Source: Octopus sinensis (lineage: Eukaryota). Taken from it: 64,000 bases of DNA. Location of the stretch: positions 12,462,001 to 12,526,000 of the forward strand of contig NC_043013.1 in the NCBI RefSeq assembly GCF_006345805.1. Direction: 5' to 3'. A model generated the notes under the pieces. The model saw nothing but the letters and a program-made list of their open reading frames with translations, did no database searches and was not told the origin of the DNA. This document shows positions 25,460 to 37,776 of the stretch, in pieces; position 1 is the first letter of the stretch; each line of letters opens with the position of its first letter. The position numbers were made by a program, and so were the translations under genes.

Positions 25460-25809
25460 ACGCTAACAACAACAACAACAGCAATACCAACAACATCAAC
25501 AACAATAACATCAAGAAAGGTGCAACATCATCATCATCATCAACAACAACAACAACATCAACAGTAGCAGATACTACGACAACAGCAATAACAACAACAA
25601 AACAAAGGATGGAGATGACGGTGGTGGTGGTGGTGGTGGTGGTGGTGGAGGCGGAGGAGGAGGCGGAGGAGAGGAAGAAGATGAAGAGAAGAAAAAGAAG
25701 GAGGTGATGGAGGAGGAGGAGAATATTGAGGAGTACCTTAACCGAAGTGACACCGCTGTCATTTACCCGCAGCCTGTCAGTGAACCTGATGAGGAAGATG
25801 ACACCGGAG
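25460..25809 (+). CDS. zfh1: zfh1/ZEB exon with the conserved IEEYLNRSDTAVIYP motif; apparent 1-nt frameshift as assembled
   Basis: Acceptor ccttctctattcAG (25459) and donor GGAG|GTAAAT (25810). The 3' part reads EENIEEYLNRSDTAVIYPQPVSE, resembling the vertebrate ZEB2 segment IEEYLQRSDTAIIYPE. The donor is phase 1, but the length of 350 nt is not a multiple of 3. Confidence 0.8.
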
Positions 25810-26379
25810 GTAAATATCCACCCATCTTCTTGCTTGCTTACTTTTCTAGCCACCCACCCATCTATCTCTCTATCTATCTTCCTACCTGTGACATTATTTA
25901 TTGCCTGAGGTTACTGTGGTCTTTTCATAGGTTTTTCTTTCCACAAATAAACCTCCCCAATTTCTTGGGAACTTTTTGTACCATTTTGACTCCTTTTTTT
26001 TTTTTTTTTGCATATATCCCCAATTTCAATCCCTTTCGATCCCTTTTGATCGGTGTCTTTTTTTTTTTTTTCTCTTCACCCCCCCTCGAAAAGAAAAACT
26101 CTACATTGTAATTGTCCCTTCTGTGTCTAGCCCTGTGTGGCCAATAAAGAAAGTTATCTTAATACCTACCTGCCTACCTACCTACTTACCTACCTACCTA
26201 TCTATTTATCTTGGAAAACTCATCATCGAAAGTGATGGTCACATTTAATTATGTATTTATTTACGTATCTCTATTCAGGAACTTATCAATCTATCTATCT
26301 CTAGCATTCTCATGGTTCCACTGAACCAAACCTCATGGTTTCAAGTTCAGTTCCACAGCATGCACCTTCAGTAACTGTT

Positions 26380-26546
26380 TTGGTGGCTGGGTGTTAAACT
26401 AGATATTAACCATGTCTTCTACTATAACCCCTGGCCAACCAAAGCCTCATCAGTAGATTTAGTAGATGGAAACTGAAAGAACTCAGTCGTATATACATGT
26501 GTGTGTTTGTGTATCTTTATGGTTGTTTACATTTCCATAACTTAGC
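26380..26546 (+). mobile_element. SINE family A, partial and degraded
   Basis: gtcttctactataacc...gatggaaactgaaagaa. Confidence 0.7.
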
Positions 26547-27228
26547 AAAAGCATAACTACAGTTTCATGCCCCACCCTCGACTTCCTTTCTTCTTAGCTT
26601 TCTTTAAAATACACTACAGATTTTTAAGTGATATTTTGCAGGAACATTGTTTTCTAAAATGCTATATATATATATATAGGGTGTAGTTTATGTGAAGTTG
26701 ATATTTCAAAAACATAAATCTTTCAAAAAAAAAAAAAGAAAGGAAAATGAAATGCGGTAAATTCTAAAGTTACAGGAATTTATAACAAAACCAGAGCAAG
26801 ATTATGAACAATCAGAAATTTCTCTTCAAATTGCTTTCCTAAATATTTTCCCAACTCAATCATAATCTACACACTCCAAAATATATCGCTGCAAAGTTTA
26901 ATTGAAAAACAAAATGCATTTTTACAGAAAGTCTTAATGGAACACTTTGATGTGAGGGCACTAAACTGTAATTATGCCTTGTCATTATGTTTGCGTATAC
27001 ACATACACATATGTATTTCTCTCTGGCTGGCCTGTTTCTCTTGTATTACTGCTGTTTGTTATTGAAGGGTTGAAGGGAGCTTTCTCTATAGCCATTTTGC
27101 TTTCAACTGAAGTTAGTATATCTGGGGCTACATTATCCAATGTGGCATTTATTGGTTGAGACAGTAGTCTGTGATTTGTAGGCTATTTCGCTGCTGGATT
27201 TAGCAGGTTGAATGTCCCTTAGCACCCT

Positions 27229-27336
<108 letters not shown>

Positions 27337-28103
27337 CTTGATGTGATGCTGGTAGTAGAGATTTTGGTGTACCAGTTTGCAGTGATGATGTTGATATGTG
27401 TGTGTTTGTGTTTAAGGCACTTGTATGTGTGTATAAGGCTCTAGTGGGTGTGTGTGTCTGTGTTGTTGATTGGCCCATGTGCTGCTGTTTACATCTTTCC
27501 TGTATACATGTTTGTTATTCTACACATGTGTCTTATACATAAATGTATAAGTGCATATCTGCATGGCCATGACTAATGATTGGAACAAGTGAAAGATAAC
27601 AATCAAAAGGTGTGTGATTGTGTGTGTGTAGCCTAAGCCATACTATTTTTATTATATTATTCTAAGCTGAACCATACAGCACAGTAACAAACGGTTTCCA
27701 ACTTTGTCACAAGGCCACAAAGTTGATGTGGTGGAGTACATACAGTAGGGGGGGGGGTCATTTAACTCAAACCCCCCTTCACTGTATTTCACTGGTACTT
27801 TTTTTGTCTTATCAGTCCCAGAAGGGTTGAAATGCAAAATTGTTTTCATCAGGATTTGAACCCAGAATGTAAAGAACTGCACCTATTTCGCCTTATCATC
27901 CAATGGTTTTTTTTTGCCAATTCCGTTAAAAACCATTGCAGTGATATTTCATGCCATACAAAATACGGATTATTATCAGTTGATAAATGTTATTGTCATC
28001 GCCAGCAGCAGCAGTGGTGCTGTCATCGTCAGCATCCTCAACAGCAGCACTGCTGGCATCGCTGTTGTTTACCTCATTACCATCATCAATATTGTTCTTG
28101 TTG

Positions 28104-28142
<39 letters not shown>

Positions 28143-29852
28143 CCACCTCATCATTCTTATCACCATCATTGTCGTCATCATCATCATTATCATAATCATC
28201 ATCATAATCATCATCATCATCATCATAATAATCATCATCATTATCCTCATCATCATCATCATCATTATCCTCATCATCATAATAATCATCATCATCATCC
28301 TCATCATTTATGTATATTTATTTGCTTGAGTTGTGTGTGTGTATATGTGTGTGTGTAGATGGGTGTAAGCTTTATGCGTTTGTATGTTTACGTGCAATGT
28401 ATTTCTGTGTACATGTGTATGACTTGGGTTCTTTGGGGGGGGGTTTCGGGTATGTACACGTCCATGCACGAGTGTGTATATGCGCTTCTGTTTACATTTA
28501 GAATACAAGCATCTTTCTATGTGTATATATTTGCACTTCTACTCTATAGTTTTGCCTATATACATCTATGTATGTATTTGTGTAACCGCTTACTTGCGTA
28601 TGTCTGTTTATATTCGTTTTTTTTTTTACTGCGTGTATTTAAAAAAATTCCATGGTTATGTTTACATGTGCCTCACGTGTGTATATATATGTGTGTGTGT
28701 ATATTGAATTTGTTATGTCTAATCATGTATGTTTACTGTGTGTACATATGTCTGTTTCTACACCTTTGTCTATTCTAGATATAATCTGTATACATTTGTG
28801 TATCTGTATGTATGTGTGTGTATATATAAATATATATATATATATATTTATATATACACACACATATATATATATATATTTATATATACACACACAGTAG
28901 GTACAGACATACAAACAAACACACGTGAGCATACAAACAGAATATTTTGGAAGTATATATATATATATATATATACTCACGTGTGTTTGTTTGTATGTCT
29001 GTACCTACTTACCTGAAAATATCTGTAATGTATTTACTTATGTATGTGTATATATATATATGTATGTGTATATGTGTGTGTATAGATATATATATGTATA
29101 TGTATATATATATATATTCTTCTGAGAATGTTTGGAGCCATGTTTCTCAACTATTTTTTTTTCTTTTCACCTATGAACCCCTTTGGTTCCTCTTTTCCTC
29201 AGATGTTCCCTAGCTATTTAATGTTTAAAAATTCCCATCATATTTTTTTTATAAGAAAATATTATCAGGATTTGTATAAAAAGAAAATCGTTAAAATATT
29301 TTTTTGTGTATTGTAAAAATACAATCAATTAAACATAAGCTTTATCACAACAGAATCTTACATGGACCTCGAAGGATCATACCGATTTCGGTTAAGAACT
29401 ACTGAGCTAGGGGTTGTGTGTGATAGATGAATGTGTTTATCAGGGTAGTTGATAATCTGTACTTTCTTTTGTATCTCCTGTCTTCATCTCTGTATAATTC
29501 CTGTGTCTGATATATGTCTTAGTGTGTCTGCATACCTGTTCAACAAGGTATATTAATCTATGTGTACAATACATGTATATATATACCTGTCTACGTTTGT
29601 GTACATGTGCTTGCATAAGAACCCTATAACTACTCTTATCGACCAGTCTCCACTCGTTGTTGTTGCTTTCACTGTTTTCCTGTTTACCTGTAATCACTAT
29701 CACCTTGATTAATATCGGATCACTGATGTTCCATTGATTGAGTTATTTATCGGTTTATTTCTTACACACAAATTTACTTGTCTTATGAGTAATTATGTGC
29801 TCATTAGCTCAGCCATTTAATTATAGATGACTGTTAGTTACTTTTAATTTAG

Positions 29853-30228
29853 TACCTGTTAATGGTTTAACCTAAAGCATCCAATTAATTACCTCTCTCG
29901 TTATCGGTTACCTGGTAATTGCACCTGTTACCTGGTAGTTACAACTGTTACTTGGAATTTACACCTGATACATTATGCATTACCTATCTTGTTACCTGTT
30001 ACCTGAATTTACCTCTTGTTACTTGGTAATTTCAGCTATTACCTATTGCTGCAACTGTTACTCGGAATTTACACCTAATAACATGATAGTTATGCATTAC
30101 CTATCTCGTTTCCTGTTACCTTTGTTACTTGGTACTTGTACCTGTTAACCTATTACCTAGTTACACCTGTGTTATTACTGGTTAACAAGTTACATCTGTC
30201 TCACTGGATTGATTGCTTAGCTTACCTG
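29853..30228. promoter_or_regulatory. Degenerate TTACCTG-based tandem region with ten (C/T)ACCTG hexamers
   Basis: Sites at 29853, 29909, 29922, 29929, 29962, 29993, 30000, 30139, 30164 and 30223, all on the same strand. Includes an internal ~110-bp duplication (~29942 vs ~30052). Confidence 0.55.
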
Positions 30229-30485
30229 TCAGTGCATTTCCAACAGGGTGAGTGATGACAGGGAGTATTTGTAACTCAGCATGGAACAAATATAACAAAA
30301 GACCACTGATGTTTACATCATTCATCCCAGGGTTTCCATCCTTCATTCAACAAAAGATAGAAACTATCGGAACCCATTGCATGTGTGTGTGTATGATATT
30401 TGTCTCATTCTTCCGTTGGAGCAATGAGGGCCACCCAGTCGTCCTTAAGGATGCCTGATAACTTAAAGTGAATAAGAATTACATA

Positions 30486-30822
30486 CCTATTTCTTTACTA
30501 CCCACAAGGGGCTAAACACAGAGAGGACAAACAAGGGCAGACAAACGGATTAAGTCGATTATATCGACCCCAGTGCATAACTGGTACTTATTTAATCGAT
30601 CCCGATAGGATGAAAGGCAAAGTTGACCTCAGTGGAATTTGAACTCAGAACGTAGTGGCAGACAAAATACCACTAAGCATTTCGCCCGGCGGGCTAACGT
30701 TTCTGCCAGCTCACCACCTTGAAATCGACCTCGGCGGAATTTGAATTCAGAACATAAAGACAGACGAAATGCCACTAAGCAGTTCACCCGGCGGGCTAAC
30801 GTTTCTGCCAGCTCGCCGCCTT
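30486..30822 (-). mobile_element. tRNA-derived SINE family B (aaggcggcgagctggcagaaacgttagc type) with a duplicated head
   Basis: Reverse complement of 31248-31481; the head segment occurs twice (~30640-30720 and ~30720-30822). Confidence 0.88.
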
Positions 30823-31129
30823 AAGAATTACATACCATCAGCCTCACACTTTTGTCTATGACCATTTTCTGACCAGTGGCAAGACCAGGTCAAGACAACT
30901 GGTGATAGAGATGGATGCAGTGGCTGTCCAAGATGTCCTGCTTGCCTCGTCTCCTCATCTTACTTGCTCTGCACTCCACACAATGCATTCCTGCAGCTAC
31001 CTTCCTCTCTGTTGCACCACGAAGGATTTCTTCCTTGCAGAGTCTACCGGACCCTATCTTCACGTGCACAGGTCAGCAAGCTATGAGTGTCGTATGAAAA
31101 TATGTAGTTTCATACCCCATCGGTTACAA

Positions 31130-31665
31130 TGATAAGGGTTTCATAAGATCGACAGAACAGCCTGCTCGTGAAATTAACATGCAAGTGGATGGGTGCTCCA
31201 CAGACACATATACCCACAACATAATCCTCAGGGAGGTTCAGTATTATTAAGGCGGCAAGCTGGCAGAAGCGTTAGCACGCCAGGCGAAATGCTTAGCAGT
31301 ATTTCGTCTGCCGTTACATTCTGAGTTCAAATTCCGCCGAGGTCGACTTTGCTTTCATCCTTTCGGGGTCAATAAATTGAGTACCACTTACGCACTGGTT
31401 TCGATGTAATCAACTTAATCCCTTTGTCTGTCCTTGTTTGTCCCCTCTATGTTTAGCCACTTGTGGGCAATAAAGAAATAAGGGAGATTCAGTATTATAC
31501 AGTGTGACAAAGCTGACCCTTTGAAATATAGGTACTACTCATTTTTGACAGCTGAATGAACTGAGGCAATGTGAAATAAAGCATCTTGCTCAAGGACACA
31601 ATATGCTGCTAGATATTGAACTCATGGCCTTATGATGGTAAGCCGAATACCCTAACCACGTAGCC
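31130..31665 (-). mobile_element. SINE family I (tRNA head plus tgtgtccttgagcaag domain), interrupted by a family B SINE
   Basis: Homologous to 36128-36270 (+), ~53700-54052 (-) and ~57290-57480 (-). Confidence 0.7.
31248..31481 (+). mobile_element. SINE family B, full length, with a 17-bp target-site duplication
   Basis: gggaggttcagtattat (31231-31247) and gggagattcagtattat (31482-31498), 1 mismatch. Box B-like GAGTTCAAATTCC. Confidence 0.92.
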
Positions 31666-32274
31666 ACCTTTAGAAGACATTTATGTAAATGTGTGTATTA
31701 AAAGAAAATGTACTGTGGCCACTCTGGTTTATTTCTCTCTGGTTGTTTTCTTTAGGTAGAGATAGATAGGTAGGAGGCAACTGTGTAGTTGGCATCTACC
31801 AGATTCCGCTTACATGGTATTGGCCAATCCAAGACTTAGCATGGTGCTATGCAGTGGCATCAAACCTGTATCCATGTGGTTACAAAGCAAAATTCTTGGC
31901 CCCTCAGTCATACCTAGATGATGCAGGTGTGTGATATGCAAAGTGAGAGAGTGGTGCTGGTGCAAGAAAGATAACCAGCAAATTTACCATTCCACTCGTG
32001 TAAACATGGGAACATGCTGGTAACAGTAAGCATAGCTGGTGGGGAAGGATCAACGAAGGCACCCTGGGAAATGCTTTTATGTCGAGGGTGGTCATCCATT
32101 ACAGCTTCAACTGCGGCTGACCATCGGATATAGTCAGCATTTGTGAAGGAATATTGTGAACTCATTGATCAGGGCCAGTTCAATCCGCCCTAGTTGAATG
32201 CCACCATAAGTACACATAATGCCTTTTTATGGGAGAAGTACCCTTGAGCCTGCTGTATGAACCAGTATACAAGG

Positions 32275-32485
32275 GGGTGGGGGTTTAAAAAGTTCTTGGC
32301 TTTAAGGGTGTTGCGAAAGGCCTGGTTTGAGGCCCAACTTCCTGAGTTCTTTTACAGGGCTTAGAAAAACTGCAGGACCGCGGCAATAAGTGTGTGAATC
32401 TGAGATGGAAATATGTTGAATAAAATCATAATTAACTGATCCTCCTGTATTTTCTGTTACCTGAAGCCAGGGACTTTTCAACACC
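32275..32485 (+). mobile_element. mariner-derived MITE retaining the transposase C-terminus
   Basis: GLEKLQDRGNKCVNLRWKYVE* at 32358-32423 resembles the mariner C-terminal KL..RW.KCV...G.YVE* motif. Inverted ends aaaagttcttggcttt / aagccagggacttttc. Confidence 0.8.
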
Positions 32486-32790
32486 ACTTCTAAAATCTCA
32501 AAGGCTAACCCTCAGTGGCACATACACTCCGGCTGTGCCACTGGTTGGTGAGAAATTAGGTGTCCAAGACTTTGATATACAAAGTAGTGAATATATATAT
32601 GGTTTTCTTTGTTTTTATAGCTCTAGTTTATAGAAGTGCAACCAGGATATGACTGGTAGTACCTATTTGTGATAAGGTCCAAGGAATTTGAGGTGTCTTT
32701 ATGTTGGTTTTAGTAAGAATTGAACTTAGAATAATACCGTAACATTATTTTGGTTGGATGTTCCCTCATTTATTTTTCAATTTATCTGTC

Positions 32791-32834
<44 letters not shown>

Positions 32835-33859
32835 TTTCTCTTTCCATTATATCTGTCTCTCTTCTTTGTGACTCTTTCTGTGTCTCCTTTTCAGTTGTTT
32901 CTGTCTGTCTGTTTCTCTCTCTCCCTCTCTGTCTATCTGTCTCCTTCACTCTCTCTCTCTGTTTCTATCCCCCTCCCCCAGTAGTCTCTATATGTTTCTC
33001 CTCCTCTCCTAACCTCTTCTCTCTATGAGACTACCTCTCTATCTTTCTGTCCTTCAATCTCTCTGTCTCTCTTTCTGACTCTCCTCTCCCTTTCAGTCAT
33101 GTGGCTATCAGCCTCACTCTCTCTCTCTCTCTCTCTCTCTCCTTTTCTCTCTATCTCTCTCCTCTCTCTCTCTCTCTCCTCCCCCAATCTGTCAGTCATT
33201 ATAGACAACAATAGATACATTTATACCTGTGGTGGTTTGATTCCTGTGATTGATATTACACCCCCACACACCCCTCTCCCCCCACACAAACACACGCATA
33301 CACTCACGTGTACACACCTACATGCATACATGTGTAAATAATGCACTATATAACTACATGCACCAATAAATATGTACAAGGAGAGCCCCCTCCCCCCCCC
33401 CCCACACACACACACATGTGTCTGTCTACTCATGCCCACCTAGGTGAGCCTGTGTGTTTGTCAGAGGCGGGGGGGGGAACGGGGTGGAGGATGGAAGGGG
33501 ACCGAGGGAGCGGCAGACAGTACATTTGCACATATGTTTATATTATTGTCTGCTGATGGTAGAACTTCCTGCTCACACACACACACACACACACATGCAC
33601 ACACACACACATGCACACACACACAAGCACCTTGTGATAAACACCCATGTTTTATCTCTCTATCTATCTACCTATCTCTCACTACCTCTCATTATCTATT
33701 TATCTATCTCCACCTGTCCTCCTATTTCTCTCCCTACATATATGTGTGTGTGTGTGTGCATGTACGAGTCTATGTGTATGTGTGTATAAATATATATATA
33801 TGTATGTATATATACCTTTCTCTTTGTCACATAGAATCATGATATGTGTATATCTCTCA

Positions 33860-33911
<52 letters not shown>

Positions 33912-33914
<3 letters not shown>

Positions 33915-34068
33915 AGTGGCTGTGTGGTAAGTAGCTTGCGTACCAACCACAAAGTTCTGGGTTCAGTCCCACTGCGTGGCACCTTGGGCAAGTGTCTTCT
34001 ACTATAGCCTCAGGCCGACCAAAGCCTTGTGAGTGGATTTGGTAGATGGAAACTGAAAGAAGCCCATC

Positions 34069-34105
<37 letters not shown>

Positions 34106-34297
34106 TGTGTTTGTCCTCCCAACATCACTTGACAACCGATGCTGGTGTGTTCATGTCCCCGTAACTTAGCGGTTCGGCAAAAGAGACCGATAGAATAAGT
34201 ACTAGGCTTACAAAGAATAAGTCCTGGGGTCAATTTGTTTGGCTAAAGGCAGTGCTTCAGCATGGCCACGGTCAAATGACTGAAACAAGTAAAAGAG
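33912..34297 (+). mobile_element. SINE family A, full length
   Basis: Complete head, body and tail. A short inverted tail fragment follows at ~34335-34372. Confidence 0.92.
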
Positions 34298-35184
34298 CAA
34301 AAGATATATATATATATATAGAGAGAGAGTTACATCTTGTTTCAGTCATTAGACTGTGGCCATGCTGGGGCACTTCCTGTTATTGCATGTATCTGTTTGT
34401 ATGTATTATCCACTCACATCTCCTTCTCACATAAACACACTATCTCCACTCATCTCTTTCTTTCTCTCTCTCCTTCATAAATGTAGTCTTTCTCCCTTGT
34501 AAAGACACATATACACAAGGGCAGAGAGTTGTTTACATAGAGATAAACATACATGCACAGGTAAATACAGGTACTATAACATACACATCATGTGCTCTGT
34601 GTTTACCTGTCTGTTTGTCTAGCTCTCCATATATGTTTGTGTGTGTGTGTGTTTGTGTATGTGATTTATAAAAGGTGTGTTTGTGTGTATCTCTGATCTA
34701 TTCACACACACACACACACACACATAATGTATTTATCTGAGTAAACACACATACACACACAATTCTGACTCAGCTTAAACAATGAACAGTTGTCTCTATT
34801 AAATACACAAACCAGCTTTTTTTTTTCTTTTTTTGTATGTATGTGTGTATGTGTGTGTATGTATTCACTGAACTGAATCCTCCCCTCTTTATTCTACAGA
34901 CCACCACCTCTTCCACTAGTCACCCCCCCACACACACACACACACTGGTCACTATTTTTACCTGTGATCATAAGATCTCCTCCTATTCATAAAGACCCAC
35001 TTCATTAGTGGAACATCTGTTTTGATAATTGTTCAATTATTCTCTTTCCTGAATTCAATAATTTTATTCTTTATGTCTGTCTGCCTGTACCCATTTATTT
35101 ATCCCTCTATCTATCTCTCACTATCTGTCTATCCATTTTTCTATTCATCCAAATCTTTCTATCAGTTTATCAATCAATTTTTGC

Positions 35185-35273
35185 ATCTATCTATCTATCT
35201 GTCTGTCTGTCTATCTATCTATCTATATATGTATCTATCTATATATCTATCTTTCTATATATCTATCTATCCC

Positions 35274-35327
<54 letters not shown>

Positions 35328-35378
35328 ATATCTATCTATCTATCTATATATCTATCTTTCTATATATCTATCTATCCC

Positions 35379-35418
<40 letters not shown>

Positions 35419-35451
35419 ATCTATCTTTTTATCTATCTATCTATCTATCCC

Positions 35452-35487
<36 letters not shown>

Positions 35488-35508
35488 ATCTATCTATCTA
35501 TCTATCCC

Positions 35509-35552
<44 letters not shown>

Positions 35553-35589
35553 ATCTATCTTTCTATCTATCTATCTATCTATCTATCCC

Positions 35590-35653
<64 letters not shown>

Positions 35654-35662
35654 ATCTATCTT

Positions 35663-35715
<53 letters not shown>
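35185..35715. repeat. ~530-bp (TATC)n array with recurring variant units (tatcccatc, tatctttc)
   Basis: Direct inspection; source of the YLSI-repeat ORF. Confidence 0.95.
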
Positions 35716-36469
35716 GTCTTTCTGTCACTTCATCTATCTAATAATCTTTCAAACTGTCAATCTATCTATTAATCAATTGATCTATTTATCTATCTAGCAA
35801 TTTCTGTAGCTTTATCTGTTTGTCTCTTTGAATCCCCCCCCCCCCACTATCCCTCAGTACCCCTACCATCATCCTACAATTATTTGATACCACCTCTGTC
35901 ACTACCCATTTTTAATCTCCCTCTTCCCGGTCGGACACTTTATAATCTTACTGGTGACCAAATGACCATTTATACTGTCATCAACTCACTTGTCTAGATG
36001 ACCAACTGACCAAATTATATTAGGTATTTGAGACTTTCTTCTAACTCTTGGACATTTCTATCATAACCCTTTCAACACCGACCACTCCAATCCACCTTTA
36101 CCATTCATCCTTTTGGTACCAAGTTGAAGCGCTTGGCTTAGTGGTTGGGGTGTTTGACACATGATCGTAAGATTGTGATTTCAATTCCTGGACCAGTCGA
36201 CATGTTATGTTCTTGAGCAAAACACGTCATTTCACGTTGCTCTAGTCCACTCAGCTGGCAAAGGTGAGTGACTCTGCAAAGGGAGGAATATACATTAGAG
36301 AAACCAGGGAGCTGGCCTTATGCTCCTTACAGAGTAATGTGGACAAACCCTAAACCTTTTGATACCAATCAACATGTGGCTGTCCCTAATTCTAAACTTT
36401 GTGCTTTCAACTAATCAGAATTAATACATTCCATCAAAATATGCTAATTTATATTCTAAACACAAGTTT

Positions 36470-36915
36470 CGAATTTTGGCACAAGGCCAGCAATTTCAGG
36501 GAGAGAGTGTGAGCTGATTAGAATGATCCCAATGTTCAACTGGGACTTATTTTATCAACCCCCAAAGGTATAAAAGGCAAAGTTGGTGTCGGCAGGATTT
36601 GAACTCTGAACCTGAAAATGGACGAAATTCTTCCACTGATCATTATTTAGTCCAGCATGGTCGTGTTTTTGCCAGATCACCATCTTATTTTGTTTTATGA
36701 TATTGGTTTTGAATTTTGACACAAGGCCAGCTGTTCTGGATGCAGGGATAAGTTGATTACATCGATGTCTGTGTTCAACTGGTGCTTAATTTATCAACCT
36801 CGATAGGATGAATGACATTGTTGACCTTGGCAGAATTTGAACTCAGGACATAAAGATGGATGAAATGCCACTAAACATTTTTGTTCAGCATGATAACATT
36901 TCTACCAGCCTGCTA
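36470..36915 (-). mobile_element. Two degraded SINE family B copies
   Basis: ggcacaaggccagc...atttgaactc segments occur twice; another copy at ~37820-38015. Confidence 0.65.
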
Positions 36916-37303
36916 CTTTATTTTCTTTTATGATATCATTTATCAACATTCATTATATTATCATATGTTTAACCCTTTTGATACTCTGGCTCTGTAGTAC
37001 AAATGTCTTGTTTTTATAAGTTTTGAATTAAAATCTTCCTCCAAACCTTAGTCACTAGCTTAATGATGTGCAGATTTAATATAGACAAAAACCGAAAGCA
37101 TTGCAAATGACAGGATCAAAATGTTGGCAGATGTATGCAGGAGAGATGGTACATGAATATAATGCATACTCAATGAAAAATTTCTGTGAATTGATTGTAG
37201 AAGATAATGATGGAACAAATGTAAATAAGAAAACTAGCAAACTGAGACAGCAGCAGAGAACATTTGGTTAGTTATTAGGTATCACTGAGGAGATTGAGAT
37301 TAA

Positions 37304-37776
37304 CCCTTTCAATACCAACCCAGCTGAAACCAGTTCTGGCCCTAGTACAAATGTCTTGTTTTCATAAGTTTGGCATTAAAATCTTCCACCAAATCTTGGT
37401 CACAAATTATGTTCCTAACACTAGCTTAATGATAACTAAGTTATTTTACTAAATTCTTTGTTATATTTAAAATAATTGAAAGAAACACAGAGTACCTCAA
37501 AATAAATATGGTAATAAAATGGTTAAAATATATAATAGAGAAACAATTCTTAATCCTTTTGATACCAACCCACCTAAAACTGCTGCTGGCTCTCTAGTAC
37601 AAATGTCTCATTTTCATAAGTTTTGAATTAAAATCTTCCACCAAACCTTAGTCACAATTTATGTTCCTAACACTAGATTAATGATAACTAAGTTATTTTA
37701 CTAAATTCTTTGTTATATTTAAAATTAATTGAACGAAACACTGAGTGTCTCAACAGAAATATGGTAACTAAATGGG
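37304..37776 (+). mobile_element. Two tandem piggyBac-type MITEs (second family)
   Basis: 37304-37522 and 37554-37776, each bounded by TTAA with CCCTTT/AAAGGG-like ends. Partial copies at ~36969-37060 and ~38020-38104. Confidence 0.78.
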
